64,000 nucleotides of DNA from Octopus sinensis. Its lineage: Eukaryota. The notes beneath the pieces were generated by a model, which had not been told where the DNA came from, did no database searches, and saw only the letters and a program-made list of their open reading frames with translations. Shown piece after piece: positions 51,991-63,680 of this stretch (position 1 is its first letter; the number at the start of each line of letters is the position of its first letter). The stretch covers positions 1-64,000 of the forward strand of contig NW_021833449.1 in NCBI RefSeq assembly GCF_006345805.1, read 5' to 3'. The position numbers and the translations under genes were made by a program.

Positions 51991-52660
51991 TGCGTGTGTG
52001 TGTATGTGTATTTGTGTGACTTTGTGTGAGTGTGTATATGTGTGTTTCTGTGTATGTGTGTTGATATTTGTCTCGTTCTCTAATTCCATTCTCCTTATTT
52101 ATGATATATTCTGTAAAATAATGATAATAGACGAGAATGACGACGATGATTATATAGATAATGATAATTGGGAAGATAATTAACTTAATTATGATGGGCG
52201 CAATAATAGCAGCCATGTTGCTCCTCTTCTTCTCCTTCTTCTTCTTCTTCTTGTTGACGTTGGCATTATTGTCTTTGCCACGGTTAGTTGTTGTTTTCAA
52301 AAGACCAGAGACAGCACAGATGAATCACAAAGCGATGATCTTAGCCGACTGACTGACTCATAATGGCTGGCAAATATTGTAAATAATGTCTGCAGACAGA
52401 GCAACAGGAATGGTAAAGTGTACCACCCAAGAGTTGGGTCTCTACGTTATGTAAATGGATATACACGCAAACACACACACATAAATTACTTTTTACATAT
52501 ATACACATGTTTTATATACACACACACACACACACACGCACAGACACATATGTCTGAAACGTCGTACACACTCTTTTTTTCCATCTTAAACTGAGCGTCA
52601 AACTAATGCATTCTCTGTGTATGTCCATTTGACGTTTGTTTTGTTTTTGTTTTTGATCTG

Positions 52661-52704
<44 letters not shown>

Positions 52705-52868
52705 AATATATACATACATACATACATACATACAAGCATACATACATACCTATATGCATATATATATGTTTTGTGCATGTATAAATATATGTATATATAT
52801 GTATGTATATATATATATATGTATATATATGTTTATGTATATATATATATGTATATAATATATATATA

Positions 52869-52947
52869 TAATATATATATAAATGTATATAAGTATACAT
52901 TTATATAGACAAGCAGGCAGACAGAAAGAGATATATACATATATATA

Positions 52948-52981
<34 letters not shown>

Positions 52982-53133
52982 TCATTCATGCATATACACA
53001 CATATGTATATACATATACACACACACATATATATATATGTATATATATATATATTATATATATATATATATAATATATATATAAATGTATATAAGTATA
53101 CATTTATATAGACAAGCAGGCAGACAGAAAGAG

Positions 53134-53188
<55 letters not shown>

Positions 53189-53270
53189 TTCATGCATATA
53201 CACACATATGTATATACATATACACACACACATATATATATATGTATATATATATATATGTATGGATATA
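52869..53270. repeat. Tandem duplication with 203-bp period
   Basis: GTATATAAGTATACATTTATATAGACAAGCAGGCAGACAGAAAGAG is repeated; the ORF track shows identical starts at 52883 and 53086. Confidence 0.85.
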
Positions 53271-53759
53271 TATATATATTACATAATATATATATATATT
53301 ACATATATATATGCATATGTGTATTTATGAATATACGGACACGGACACACATGTTTATATATACATATATGTCTGTATATATGGTGTGTGTGTGTGTGTG
53401 TATACAAAAGAAAAAGGAGAAAATTCGTAATACATACATATGCATATATACATACATATTTCTATATGCATATTTATAAACATATACATACCCATATACG
53501 ATATAAATATTCTGTAAATATATATTTATATATACACGTGTGCGCATGTAAATGTACGTCTACACACATACACACACAGAGACACGCATATACTGGTTTA
53601 TCTATTTATTATATAATCCATACATATATACATTCGTAATATCTGGCGTACATGAATATGTATGTATATGATTGAAGTACGAGTGCAAGGGCTATAACAA
53701 CAAGCGATGTTAATGCCACGAACATGACCACGATCAGTAGTGGTGGTAGTAGTAGTAGT

Positions 53760-53951
53760 AGGATGATGATGATGATTATGATGATGATGATGGTGGTGGT
53801 GGTGATGATGATGATTATGATTATGATGATGATGACGATGATGATGATGATGGTGGTGGTGATGATGATGATGATGATGGTGATGATCATGATTATTATG
53901 TTGATGATGATGATATGATGATGATGATGATGATGATGATGGTGATGATGG

Positions 53952-54017
<66 letters not shown>

Positions 54018-54042
54018 GATGATGATGATGATGATTATTATG

Positions 54043-54073
<31 letters not shown>

Positions 54074-54089
54074 TGATGGTGATGATGAC

Positions 54090-54180
<91 letters not shown>

Positions 54181-54201
54181 GTGATGATCATGATTATTAT
54201 G

Positions 54202-54232
<31 letters not shown>

Positions 54233-54248
54233 TGATGGTGATGATGAC

Positions 54249-54300
<52 letters not shown>

Positions 54301-54316
54301 TGATGATGATGATGAC
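53760..54316. repeat. (GAT)n array with higher-order repeats
   Basis: Direct inspection. Confidence 0.97.
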
Positions 54317-54500
54317 ATAACTCAAGAACCGAATTGAGCATTAGCTTTCGAAAATCCCAACGGTGCTTTTGTTCCCTGCAATCGTTCCTTGCTGCTGCTG
54401 CTGTTGTTGTTGTTGTTGATGTTGGTGTTGTTTGTGTTGTTGTTGTTATTGCTGTTTCTGTTTTGTTGCCAGTGTTTGTTATTCTTGTTATTATTGATAG

Positions 54501-54530
<30 letters not shown>

Positions 54531-54531
<1 letters not shown>

Positions 54532-54890
54532 ATTGGTGGTGTCGGTGGTGGTGTCGATGGTGGTGTCGGTGATGGTGGTGGTGATGGTGTCGGTGGTGGT
54601 GGTGGTGATGGTGTCGGTGGTGGTGGTGGTGGTGGTGTCGGTGGTGGTGTCGGTGGTGGTGTCGGTGGTGGTGTCGGTGGTGGTGTCGGTGGTGGTGTCG
54701 GTGGTGGTGTCGGTGGTGGTGTCGGTGGTGGTGGTGGTGGTGGTGTCGGTGGTGGTGTCGGTGGTGGTGTCGGTGGTGGTGTCGGTGGTGGTGTCGGTGG
54801 TGGTGTCGGTGGTGGTGTCGGTGGTGGTGTCGGTGGTGGTGTCGGTGGTGGTGTCGGTGGTGGTGTCCGTGGTGGTGTCGGTGGTGGTGG
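54531..54890. repeat. (GGTGGTGTC)n 9-bp minisatellite
   Basis: Near-perfect 9-mer run. Confidence 0.95.
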
Positions 54891-55453
54891 TGTTAGCGTT
54901 TGGGTTCCTGTAATCTTTGCCGTTGTTCTTGCCGTTGCTTGTGTTGTTGTTGTTTACGTTGTTGTTGTTGTTGTAGTTGATAATGGTAATGTTAGTCTTT
55001 TTGTCCCTGTAATGTTTGTTTTTTTTTCATTTTTTGTTTACGCTGTTTTTGTTGTCTGTTGTTGTTTTCCTTATTTTTGTTATTTATGTTGCTTTTGTTG
55101 GTGGTGTTATTAGTGTTTTTGTTCCTGTAACCGTCGTTTGTTGTTATTGTTGTTGTAGTTGTTGTTATTGTTGTTAAGGGTAGCAATAATGATGATGTCA
55201 GAGTCTGCTACATCAATAATAAAAAAAGAAAAAAAGGTGGCATTTGAAGAAATTCATATCAAGCGATACCCTGAGTGTTGCTATTAATCGTTTGGAAGTT
55301 CTCTCCACTTATAAATAGGTTCTTTCGGCTCAACCCCAAGTCAGTTTTAATACAGCTGACCAATCTATCCATGACCATCTCGTCTGTTTAATGCGATTAT
55401 AGATTGTACAGTCAATCGCCACTCGCGAGTGTATATAACTTGCTAGCACATAC

Positions 55454-55758
55454 TGTTGTTTGTTCCTTCTCGAGTCATGCCTGGCTTATAAGGGCCGGTT
55501 TCCCGGTTTCCTTGGCGTATAGGTTCCCCACCTGGACGGGACGCTGGTCCATCGCAGGTGAGCTGCAAGAAGTAGGAGGAAAGTGTGAGAGAAATTTGTG
55601 GCGAAAGAGTTAGCAGAAGTTCGCCATTACCTTCTGCCGGAGCCACGCGGAGCTTAGATGTTTCGCTCATAAAAACACACATCGCCCGGTCTGAGATTCG
55701 AACCCGCGATCCCTCGACCGCGAGTCCGCTGCTCTAACCACAAGGCCATGTGCCTCCA
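55454..55758 (-). mobile_element. OR-head/tail-A SINE, full-length
   Basis: Reverse complement of 1116-1393 with a complete head. Confidence 0.9.
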
Positions 55759-55994
55759 CGATAACCCGTACTGAGCTTTCACTAATCGTCTTAGATGCTT
55801 TTGTACTCGCGAACACACAGACACCATTCAGCTTGCTCATCTTTCATCCAGCCAAACGAATATTCTGGATGAGACAACTTGAATGGGAGAGACTGCTCAG
55901 CCACCACCTGGTTCGTGTTCTACGGCTGAAAAACCAGGAGGAAAATAAAATAAAGTGACATGTTTAAGGACATGTAGTGACGCTATTTTTGGAA

Positions 55995-56185
55995 GTTTTC
56001 AGCGCGCATGCGCAGAGTTGGATTACTTCCGGTAGGCCGCCGGAATTTCCCTCATGCGCATGCGCAGAGAACTGCAAACTGAAAGCGTTCCCGCTAAATC
56101 TGTCCCGGACGTGATCAACCTACTCTCAGGAAAAACCCTACATATAGAGAAGCTCTTTTCTAAGCGGGAACGGAGACGGTAATTT
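55995..56185. promoter_or_regulatory. Candidate CpG-rich promoter with two NRF1-type sites and ETS sites
   Basis: CGCGCATGCGCA (56003-14), ACTTCCGGT (56025-33), CCGGAA (56040-45) and TGCGCATGCGCA (56055-66) in non-repeat, CpG-rich DNA; possible donor ACG|GTAATT at 56179. Confidence 0.6.
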
Positions 56186-56972
56186 TGGCTCACACAAGTG
56201 AACATTTGTGAACAGTCTTGTGGACTGGGCTACCAGTTCGCCCATAAGGAAAATATATGTGTGTATATTTTTTTTTATTTGCGAAACTCGGAAAAATAAA
56301 GTATTATTTATTGCTATTGAAGACAGTCGAATTTTGGTTCTCCCTTCGACAATTGTATGTGACAAGATAAGACAGACACCCCTCAAGTGTTCCTTGATGC
56401 TGAGAAAAATGAAATGGTAATGGCTGGAACGCTTTTAGTTTCAAGGATGCATGTTGAAAATGAACACCTCGACCATCACTACCACTACCTTTATCAGCAA
56501 CAACAATAGGAGTCGATGAGGGAGCCTATACATGGTTGTTTAGTTTGCTTAGAAACGGCAGCCAAATCTGCCTCAAATCAAAGCTTTGTCTTAAAGAAAT
56601 GTATGCAGCGGGTGATATGTAACCTCCTTAGCCACCCTTAAAAAGATTAGTTTCTCGTAATAGGGTGGGGTGGCGGGCAGGAATTTGAACACAAATTCGT
56701 TCGATCAGCATTGACCAAGGGCTAACGAATAACTACTAATACTACGGCTATTACGACTAGTGATGTGATGTGACCTCCTTCGGTCATGAATGACCATGGA
56801 ATTGCACCTAGAAAGCTACCCTCCGAGGTACAAGTCTGGGCAATGTTGTTTATTGAAGACCAGCAGTCGCCCACGCATACCAGCCACCCAATCTACGCCA
56901 CCGATGCTATCCAAGGGAAAGGCAAAGGCCAATACAGCTTGGCACCATTGACGTCGCAGCTCATTTATTAAA

Positions 56973-57278
56973 GTGCAAGTGGCTGAGTACCTCACAGATA
57001 CGTGTACCCTTAACGTAGTTCCCGGGGAGATTCAGCGTTACACAGAGTGTGACAAGAGCTGGCCCTTTGAAATACAAGTACAACAGAAACAGGAAGAAAG
57101 AGTGAGAGAACGTTGTGGTGAAAGAGTACGGCAGGGTTCACCACCAGCCTTACCGGCGCTTCGTGGAGCTTTAGGTGTTTTCGCTCAATAAACACTCACA
57201 ATGCCCGGTCTGGGAATCGAAACCGCGATCCTACGACCACGAGTCCGCTGCTCTAACCACTGGGCCATTGCGCCTCCA
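56973..57278 (-). mobile_element. OR-head/tail-B SINE, 3'-truncated
   Basis: Homologous to 43520-43902. Confidence 0.85.
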
Positions 57279-57589
57279 CATTACGACTAGTACAACTAGT
57301 ACATCAGGATCAATTTCGTCATCGCATTATCCCCATCGTCATCATCATTATTATCATAACCATCATTATCATCATCTTCGATGTCGTTCCCGCCGTTGCC
57401 ATCATAATCACCACCACCACCACCACCACCAGCAACAACAACAACAACAACAACATCATCATTGTCAAAACAACAACGGCAACAATAACGGCAACGACAA
57501 TGATGTCCCCTCTTTTAGGTTTCAAATGACACCGGAAGAAGGCAATCCCCGGTTATGTTCAGAGTCAACATAATTAATGATATAAATAT

Positions 57590-57750
<161 letters not shown>

Positions 57751-58047
57751 AAATTATCTTTTCTCGAATTGCCCCGGAAGGATGGAAGCTGCCGCGATGC
57801 ATTTTAAACTCAGAATGTAAAATGGAGGCGAATCGTGACTTAATGCAGTAAATAATGCGGATGCTGTTTTACCACCACTCCCGCCACGACCACCACCACC
57901 ACCACCACGAGCAACAACAAAAACAGAAGCAAAACACCATGACCATCACCACAAAAAAAAAACAACCATCATTAGCATCACCCCACCACCACCACCAACA
58001 CATCCCCAACAACCACTAGTATCAGCAATGGCAACAGCAACATCAGT

Positions 58048-58395
58048 AGAGGCACAATGGCCCAGTGGTTAGGGAAGCGGACTCGCGGTCGTAAGAACGC
58101 GGTTTCTATTTCCAGACCGGGAATTGTGAGTGTTTATTGAGCAAAAAAGACCTAAGGGTCTGTGTATATGTTTGAGTGTCTCTGTTTGTCCCCGCCCCCC
58201 AACATCGCTTGACAACCGATGCTGGTGTGTTTACGTCCCCGTCACTTAGCTGTTCGGCAAAATAGAGACCGATAAATAAGTACCAGGCTTACAAAGAATA
58301 AGTCCTGGGGTCGATTTGCTCGACTAAAGGCGGTGCTCCAGCATGGCCACAGTCAAATGACTGAAGCAAGTAAAAGAGTAAATGAGTAAAAGAGT
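58048..58395 (+). mobile_element. Chimeric SINE: OR-type head fused to the CORE-like SINE tail
   Basis: 58048-58156 is the OR head (GGCACAATGGCCCAGTGGTTAGG...ACCTAAG); 58157-58395 is the tail of the 10294-type family. Confidence 0.8.
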
Positions 58396-59183
58396 ACTTC
58401 CAATATTCGTACAAGCGTATTACTCTACTATAACTAATTACCTTTCATTTATATCTACTTTACATATTCCAGACGTTTCTAACGGCTTTTAGTAGTTCAA
58501 TACTTCTAATTAACAAGCAGAATCCTAAGATACTAATAATCTTCATTTAAGAACCATATTTTTCAATTTATAATTCCAAGCTTAGAAGTAATTAGTCTCA
58601 CACATTTTTGCTAATGCACCAACCATTTACGAGATTCTTTTAAAGGAAATAAATTTACAGGAGGTCATGCTTTCTACGATATCTACAAATAAAATTGGTT
58701 TAGAAGCGGGCATTCACGCGCATATACAACTGTACATACGTTTACTCATTAAGTTCAATACGTTTTATCCGCATGGAAGACCTTGAGCTGGCAGAAACGT
58801 TAGCACGCCGGGCGAAATGCTTAGCGGCATTTCGTTTGCCGCTACGTTCTGGGTTCAAATTCCGCCAATTGATTGGAAAGCATGCTTCGTAACCACACAG
58901 CCATACCTGCACCGACATAAATATTCTTACTATTTTTTCACCTTTACGCCCTTCTCTCTCCATACTTCCCTTTTACATACCTGTCCATTGACCTTTGAAC
59001 TTATTTCGTTTCTTCACCTTTAATCATTTAATTATTTCACTACCTCAAATGAAATACATTCCCGTTCTTATCAAATTCTAAATATCATCGCACCTACTGC
59101 ATTGTGTTGATGAGATTTCGCTCTCACAATATATATACATACATACATACAAATACATACATACATACATACATATAAATACA

Positions 59184-59219
<36 letters not shown>

Positions 59220-59340
59220 TATACATAAAATAGTAAATACCCCCATCCCCCCCAAAAAAGAGAACAGACGCACAAAAAAAAAACGGGAGGACGTGGTACA
59301 TGTAAGGTATTAGCAGACGCTCGGCGAAGGAAAGACAGAT

Positions 59341-59375
59341 GGTTTAACGTTTCGAGCAGAGCTCTTCTTCAGAAG
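59341..59375 (-). ncRNA. Degenerate minimal hammerhead motif in a second Penelope-like fragment
   Basis: Minus strand reads CTGAAGA-A-GAGC-tct-GCTC-GAAA-CG-TT; stem I is only ~2 bp. Confidence 0.45.
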
Positions 59376-59601
59376 AGTAAGACGGAGGAAGAAAATCGCC
59401 AGCGATTCACATGTTATTTACAGTGTCACTGACGAAGAGGTTACCCATTAGAGCCATATGGCAGTAACACACGCAATAGGATCCAGACTGAATATGAGGG
59501 CATGTTTTATATACAATATTCTTTCGACTATCGCGGGTGTTACATTCTGAAAACAGCACGATAGGAGAAAATCCGCGAAGTAGAAACAATACTGTACCGT
59601 A

Positions 59602-59602
<1 letters not shown>

Positions 59603-59640
<38 letters not shown>

Positions 59641-59863
59641 GATTATTATTGTTGTTGTTGTTGTTGTTGTTGTTATTATTATTATTACTATTATTGTTAT
59701 TATTATTGTTCTTATTGTTGCTGTTGTTATTGTTATTCTTGTTGTTGTTAGGTGTTGCTGTTGTTATTATTATTATTATTGTTATTATTATTTTTGTTAT
59801 TTTTATTTTTATTATTTTTATTATTATTAGTGTTGTTTTTGTTGTTTTTGTTGTTGTTGTTGC

Positions 59864-59911
<48 letters not shown>

Positions 59912-59930
59912 CATTATAAGTATCTATTTA
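59603..59930. repeat. (TTA)/(TTG)n array
   Basis: Direct inspection. Confidence 0.95.
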
Positions 59931-59984
59931 TTTTATTATAAATGCAAAACAGCACCACGGAGGAATCGACGTAAGCGTAAATAA

Positions 59985-60056
59985 TAAAACGCGATAGATG
60001 AACCGCGATAGATGAACCGCCATAGGTGAACCGCGATATGGCGAGGGATTATTGTA
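59985..60056 (-). mobile_element. Solo end of a Tc1/pogo-like DNA transposon with 14-bp subterminal repeats
   Basis: (GATAGATGAACCGC)-like unit three times, then GATATGGCGAGGGATTATTG|TA. Confidence 0.5.
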
Positions 60057-60247
60057 TTATGTATCGGCAAATCAGTGACGGCAGTTAAAACCAACAAAGA
60101 AAGAATATAAAACAATAAAAATACAAGGGTAAATCAAATATTATACGGACTCTTTTTGAAGTAGTTTATTAAAAACAAAGGTTGTTACATCACTTCTGAC
60201 ACAGTCTCTTTGTGTTACGTTGCTCTTCTTCCAGAAAGATGCTCGGA

Positions 60248-60415
60248 GCAGGAGTGGCTGTGCGGTAAGTAGCTTGCTAACCAACCACATGGTTCCAGGT
60301 TCAGTCCCACTGCGTGGCATCTTGGGCAAGTGTCTTCTGCTATAGCCCCGGGCCGACCAATGCCTTGTGAGTGGATTTGGTAGACGGAAACTGAAAGAAG
60401 CCTGTCGTATATATG

Positions 60416-60446
<31 letters not shown>

Positions 60447-60654
60447 TTATGTGTTTGTGTTAGTCCCCCTAGCATTGCTTGACAACCGATGCTGGTATGT
60501 TTACGTCCCCGTCACTTAGCGGTTCGGCAAAAGAGATCGATAGAATAAGTACTGGGCTTACAAAGAATAAGTCCCGGGGTCGATTTGCTCAACTAAAGGC
60601 GGTGCTCCAGCATGGCCGCAGTCAAATGACTGAAACAAGTAAAAGAGTAAAGAG
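60248..60654 (+). mobile_element. CORE-like SINE, full-length
   Basis: Matches the 10294-10704 family. Confidence 0.9.
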
Positions 60655-61011
60655 ATAGTAAGAGGTTCATACGAGTTAATCTATAAGAAGTGTGGAACAT
60701 TTCATAAGCAGTGTTTAGTAAATTATGTTTAAATTGTTTTTCCTGCCGTCTCCTTCAACCCAGAATTTTAAAAAAAATGGTTGTATGGTCAGCTTATTGG
60801 ATGTAGAGAAATGAAATATTAAAATCATAATTATCGAGGACAGTTATAGCTGTTACTTCTTAAAAAACAGAGATCCCAAACCTTCTGGTATGCACATCGT
60901 ATATATGCTAGCTTCTACAGAAAATGACCTTCAAATGCAAATACACACACACACATATGTATGTATATATGTATGCATGTATGTATGTATGTATGTATGT
61001 ATGTATGTATG

Positions 61012-61042
<31 letters not shown>

Positions 61043-61346
61043 GCCCAGTTACAACTACAGTCGGCTATTACCAGTAAAGGTTTTAGTTGCCAATTTTGTA
61101 CAAGACATTGTAGATCTTTAGCTGGGCTAAAAAGTCACATTCGATCACAGCACCAGTAAAGTAACAGTTAAGCTTCGTGCAATGGCCATACTCGATAACG
61201 AGGGGGCAGCCATAATGTATGTATGTATGTATGTATGTATGTATGTATGTATGTATGTATGTATGTATGTATGTATGTATGTATGTATGTATGTATGTAT
61301 GTATGCATTCTTTTGTTCTTTCACTTGTTTCTGTCATTTGACTGAC

Positions 61347-61478
61347 CCCACCTTCCCTGCCGGAGCCTTGTGGAGCTTCAGGTGTCTTTGCTCAATAAAC
61401 ACTCACAACGCCCGGTCTGGGAATCGAAACCGCGATCCTCCGACCGCTAGTCTGCTGCCGTAACCACTGGGCCATTGC
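61347..61478 (-). mobile_element. OR-type SINE head fragment
   Basis: Homologous to ~43770-43900. Confidence 0.8.
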
Positions 61479-61540
61479 ATATGTATGTATGTGCTATATA
61501 TTTGTGTGTATGTATGTTTTTTTGTTATATATATCCTATA

Positions 61541-61586
<46 letters not shown>

Positions 61587-61595
61587 CTATCTGTC

Positions 61596-61652
<57 letters not shown>

Positions 61653-62619
61653 TTATACACACATGGAACTGATTCTTTTCCACTTTTACTAGTTGTTGGA
61701 GGAGGGAGAGGATGAAGAGGGGAAGGACAGGAGAGGTAGGAGGAAGACGAGGAGGAGGAAGACGAGAGGAGAGGGTGATGGTGGTGGTTGTGGAGGTGGT
61801 GGTGGTGGTGGTGGTGGAGGAATACGAGGAGGAGGAGGTGGTGGAAGAGGAGAAAGAGGAGGTGAGGAGGCAGAGAGGAGGAGGAGGAGGTGAGGAGGAG
61901 GAAGAAGGAGGGAAGGAGGAGGAGCTGATAATGTTGATGGCACATGTTGGTATTGCTGGAAGTGGGTTCGGTACAGAGAGTGTGGTGTCGATGGTGATGG
62001 TAGCGGAGGTAGTTTTACTGGTGATGAATTTATTGTTGGTTACATAGCCCATGGGGGTATTCATTAATGGTGGCAGTGGTTGTGGTAGAGGTTAGTAATG
62101 CGGTTGTGGTAGTGGTATGGAAACTTCGGGTAGCAATGTTGGGTGATGGTGGGAGTAGTGCTTTTGAAGGTACTGGTGGGGATGATGGTACATAATGGTG
62201 GTGGTGCTGGTGGTGCTGGTAGTGGTCTTTATGGTGAAGTTGATGGTAGTGTTTGTCTGTGCTACTGTTAGTGGTATTGGTGGTTAAGGTAATAATGTTA
62301 TCGTGTTCAATGTGCTAGTGATGACGTTACTTCGAATGGTAATGTAGGCGTTGTTGTTGTAGTTGTTGTTGTTGGTGGTGGTGGTGGTGGAAGTGTTGGG
62401 AGTGGAGGTGGGGGCGTGGCGGTGCTGGTGCTGGTGGCGGTGGTTGTGGCGATGGTGGCGGTGGTTGTGGCGATGGTGGCGGCGAGGGTGGAAGCAAAAT
62501 CAATATTTATAATTAAACATTAATTTAATCTTTTTTTTAAAGCCTTGAAGATTTCAATGAAGTATTTATGAAATTCGCAATTTCTGAAAGAATTATATTT
62601 AAAATTTTAAATCACGTTA

Positions 62620-62672
<53 letters not shown>

Positions 62673-63087
62673 TATATGGTATATATATGTATGTATTTTT
62701 TAAACTTTATTTCATAATAGAAAATAAAAGAACAGAAAAGAAAGAAGGAAAGACAGAAGGCAATGATTGAATAAATGAAAGAACGACAAAAAGACAGAAA
62801 GGAAATACAGAACAGAAGAAGGAATAACAGAGGTGGAAACGAAAGTTGGGTTTTCTGATTTAAAAAAGATTTTTCCTGATGGGTTTCTTCTCATTTTTAC
62901 TAATTTCTTTTTGTAATTTTCCGTAAAATATGCGAAATATTATTAAATTTTGAAAATTTTATTTCCATCGTCTTCTTCAGTAGATTTTGCTATATTTATA
63001 TCTATCTGTCTATCTTTCTATCTCTTTATCTACCGATTTGTCTTTAGATTTCTTTTGCATTTATGTATATCATAAATATATATATAT

Positions 63088-63399
63088 ATCGTGACGTATA
63101 TTTGCCATTTGAATATGGCTAACCCCTAAGGGTGGATGCTACTTTACTTTGTAGCCCCAGGAAGACACCTCCTCCAGCTGACTATAGACACACTTTCTGT
63201 GCCCTATCAGTATTTGTGAAGGGAAGTCATCCTTCCCGTCTTCAACTTATGATACACACGGACTCGAGTTTCAAGGTATTGACCTATCATCGGCGTGTGA
63301 CAATCATAGTTGTCGACGAGAAGTCAGTTGGCTACAAACTACAGTTAGCATCCACCCTTAGGGGTTAGCCATATTCAAATGGCAAATATACGTCACGAT
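63088..63399. mobile_element. 312-bp MITE with perfect 54-bp TIRs
   Basis: 63088-63141 (ATCGTGACGTATATTTGCC...GGATGCTA) is the exact reverse complement of 63346-63399. Confidence 0.9.
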
Positions 63400-63489
63400 G
63401 TGTTGCCGCTACTGTTTATAACTCGCTCTGAGATTTAATCATTATATATATATATATATATCTAATATATATATATATATATATATATA

Positions 63490-63626
63490 TCACCTTGATC
63501 ACCTTGACCGACCAGTCCGTCAGCGTCCATTTGACACCGCTGGTCACAGAACGCTGTCCACTCCTCTCTGGATCGCACCTTTCTCATCCACGCGATCCCA
63601 ATCGTCCTCCTGAAATCGCAACTCCA
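63490..63626 (-). mobile_element. RTE-clade LINE extreme 3' end
   Basis: Translates as ...DWDRVDEKGAIQRGVDSVL*PAVSNGR, followed by a short TCAAGG-type tail; embedded in (TA)n. Confidence 0.5.
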
Positions 63627-63643
63627 TATATATAATGCGATTG

Positions 63644-63680
<37 letters not shown>

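Noticed and set aside
51090-52183. 292-, 293- and 361-aa ORFs (MYVC repeats)
   Set aside because: (TATG)n frames simply lack stop codons.
52255-52430. Possible exons (plus strand TRDSTDESQSDDLSRLTDS*; minus-strand acceptor ...CTGTCTGCAG)
   Set aside because: Splice-like signals exist on both strands but give no consistent frame or recognisable product.
53598-54913. Poly-H, poly-M, poly-I and poly-V ORFs
   Set aside because: Derived from (GAT)n and (GGTGGTGTC)n repeats; no coding evidence.
55680-55758. tRNA gene (also the heads at 1116, 43830-43902, 57200-57278, 58048)
   Set aside because: The tRNA-like A/B boxes continue into SINE bodies present in many copies; no complete cloverleaf could be drawn.
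59430-59455. CTGACGA-A-GAGG as another hammerhead
   Set aside because: No matching helix II 3' strand or GAAA downstream; half-motif only.
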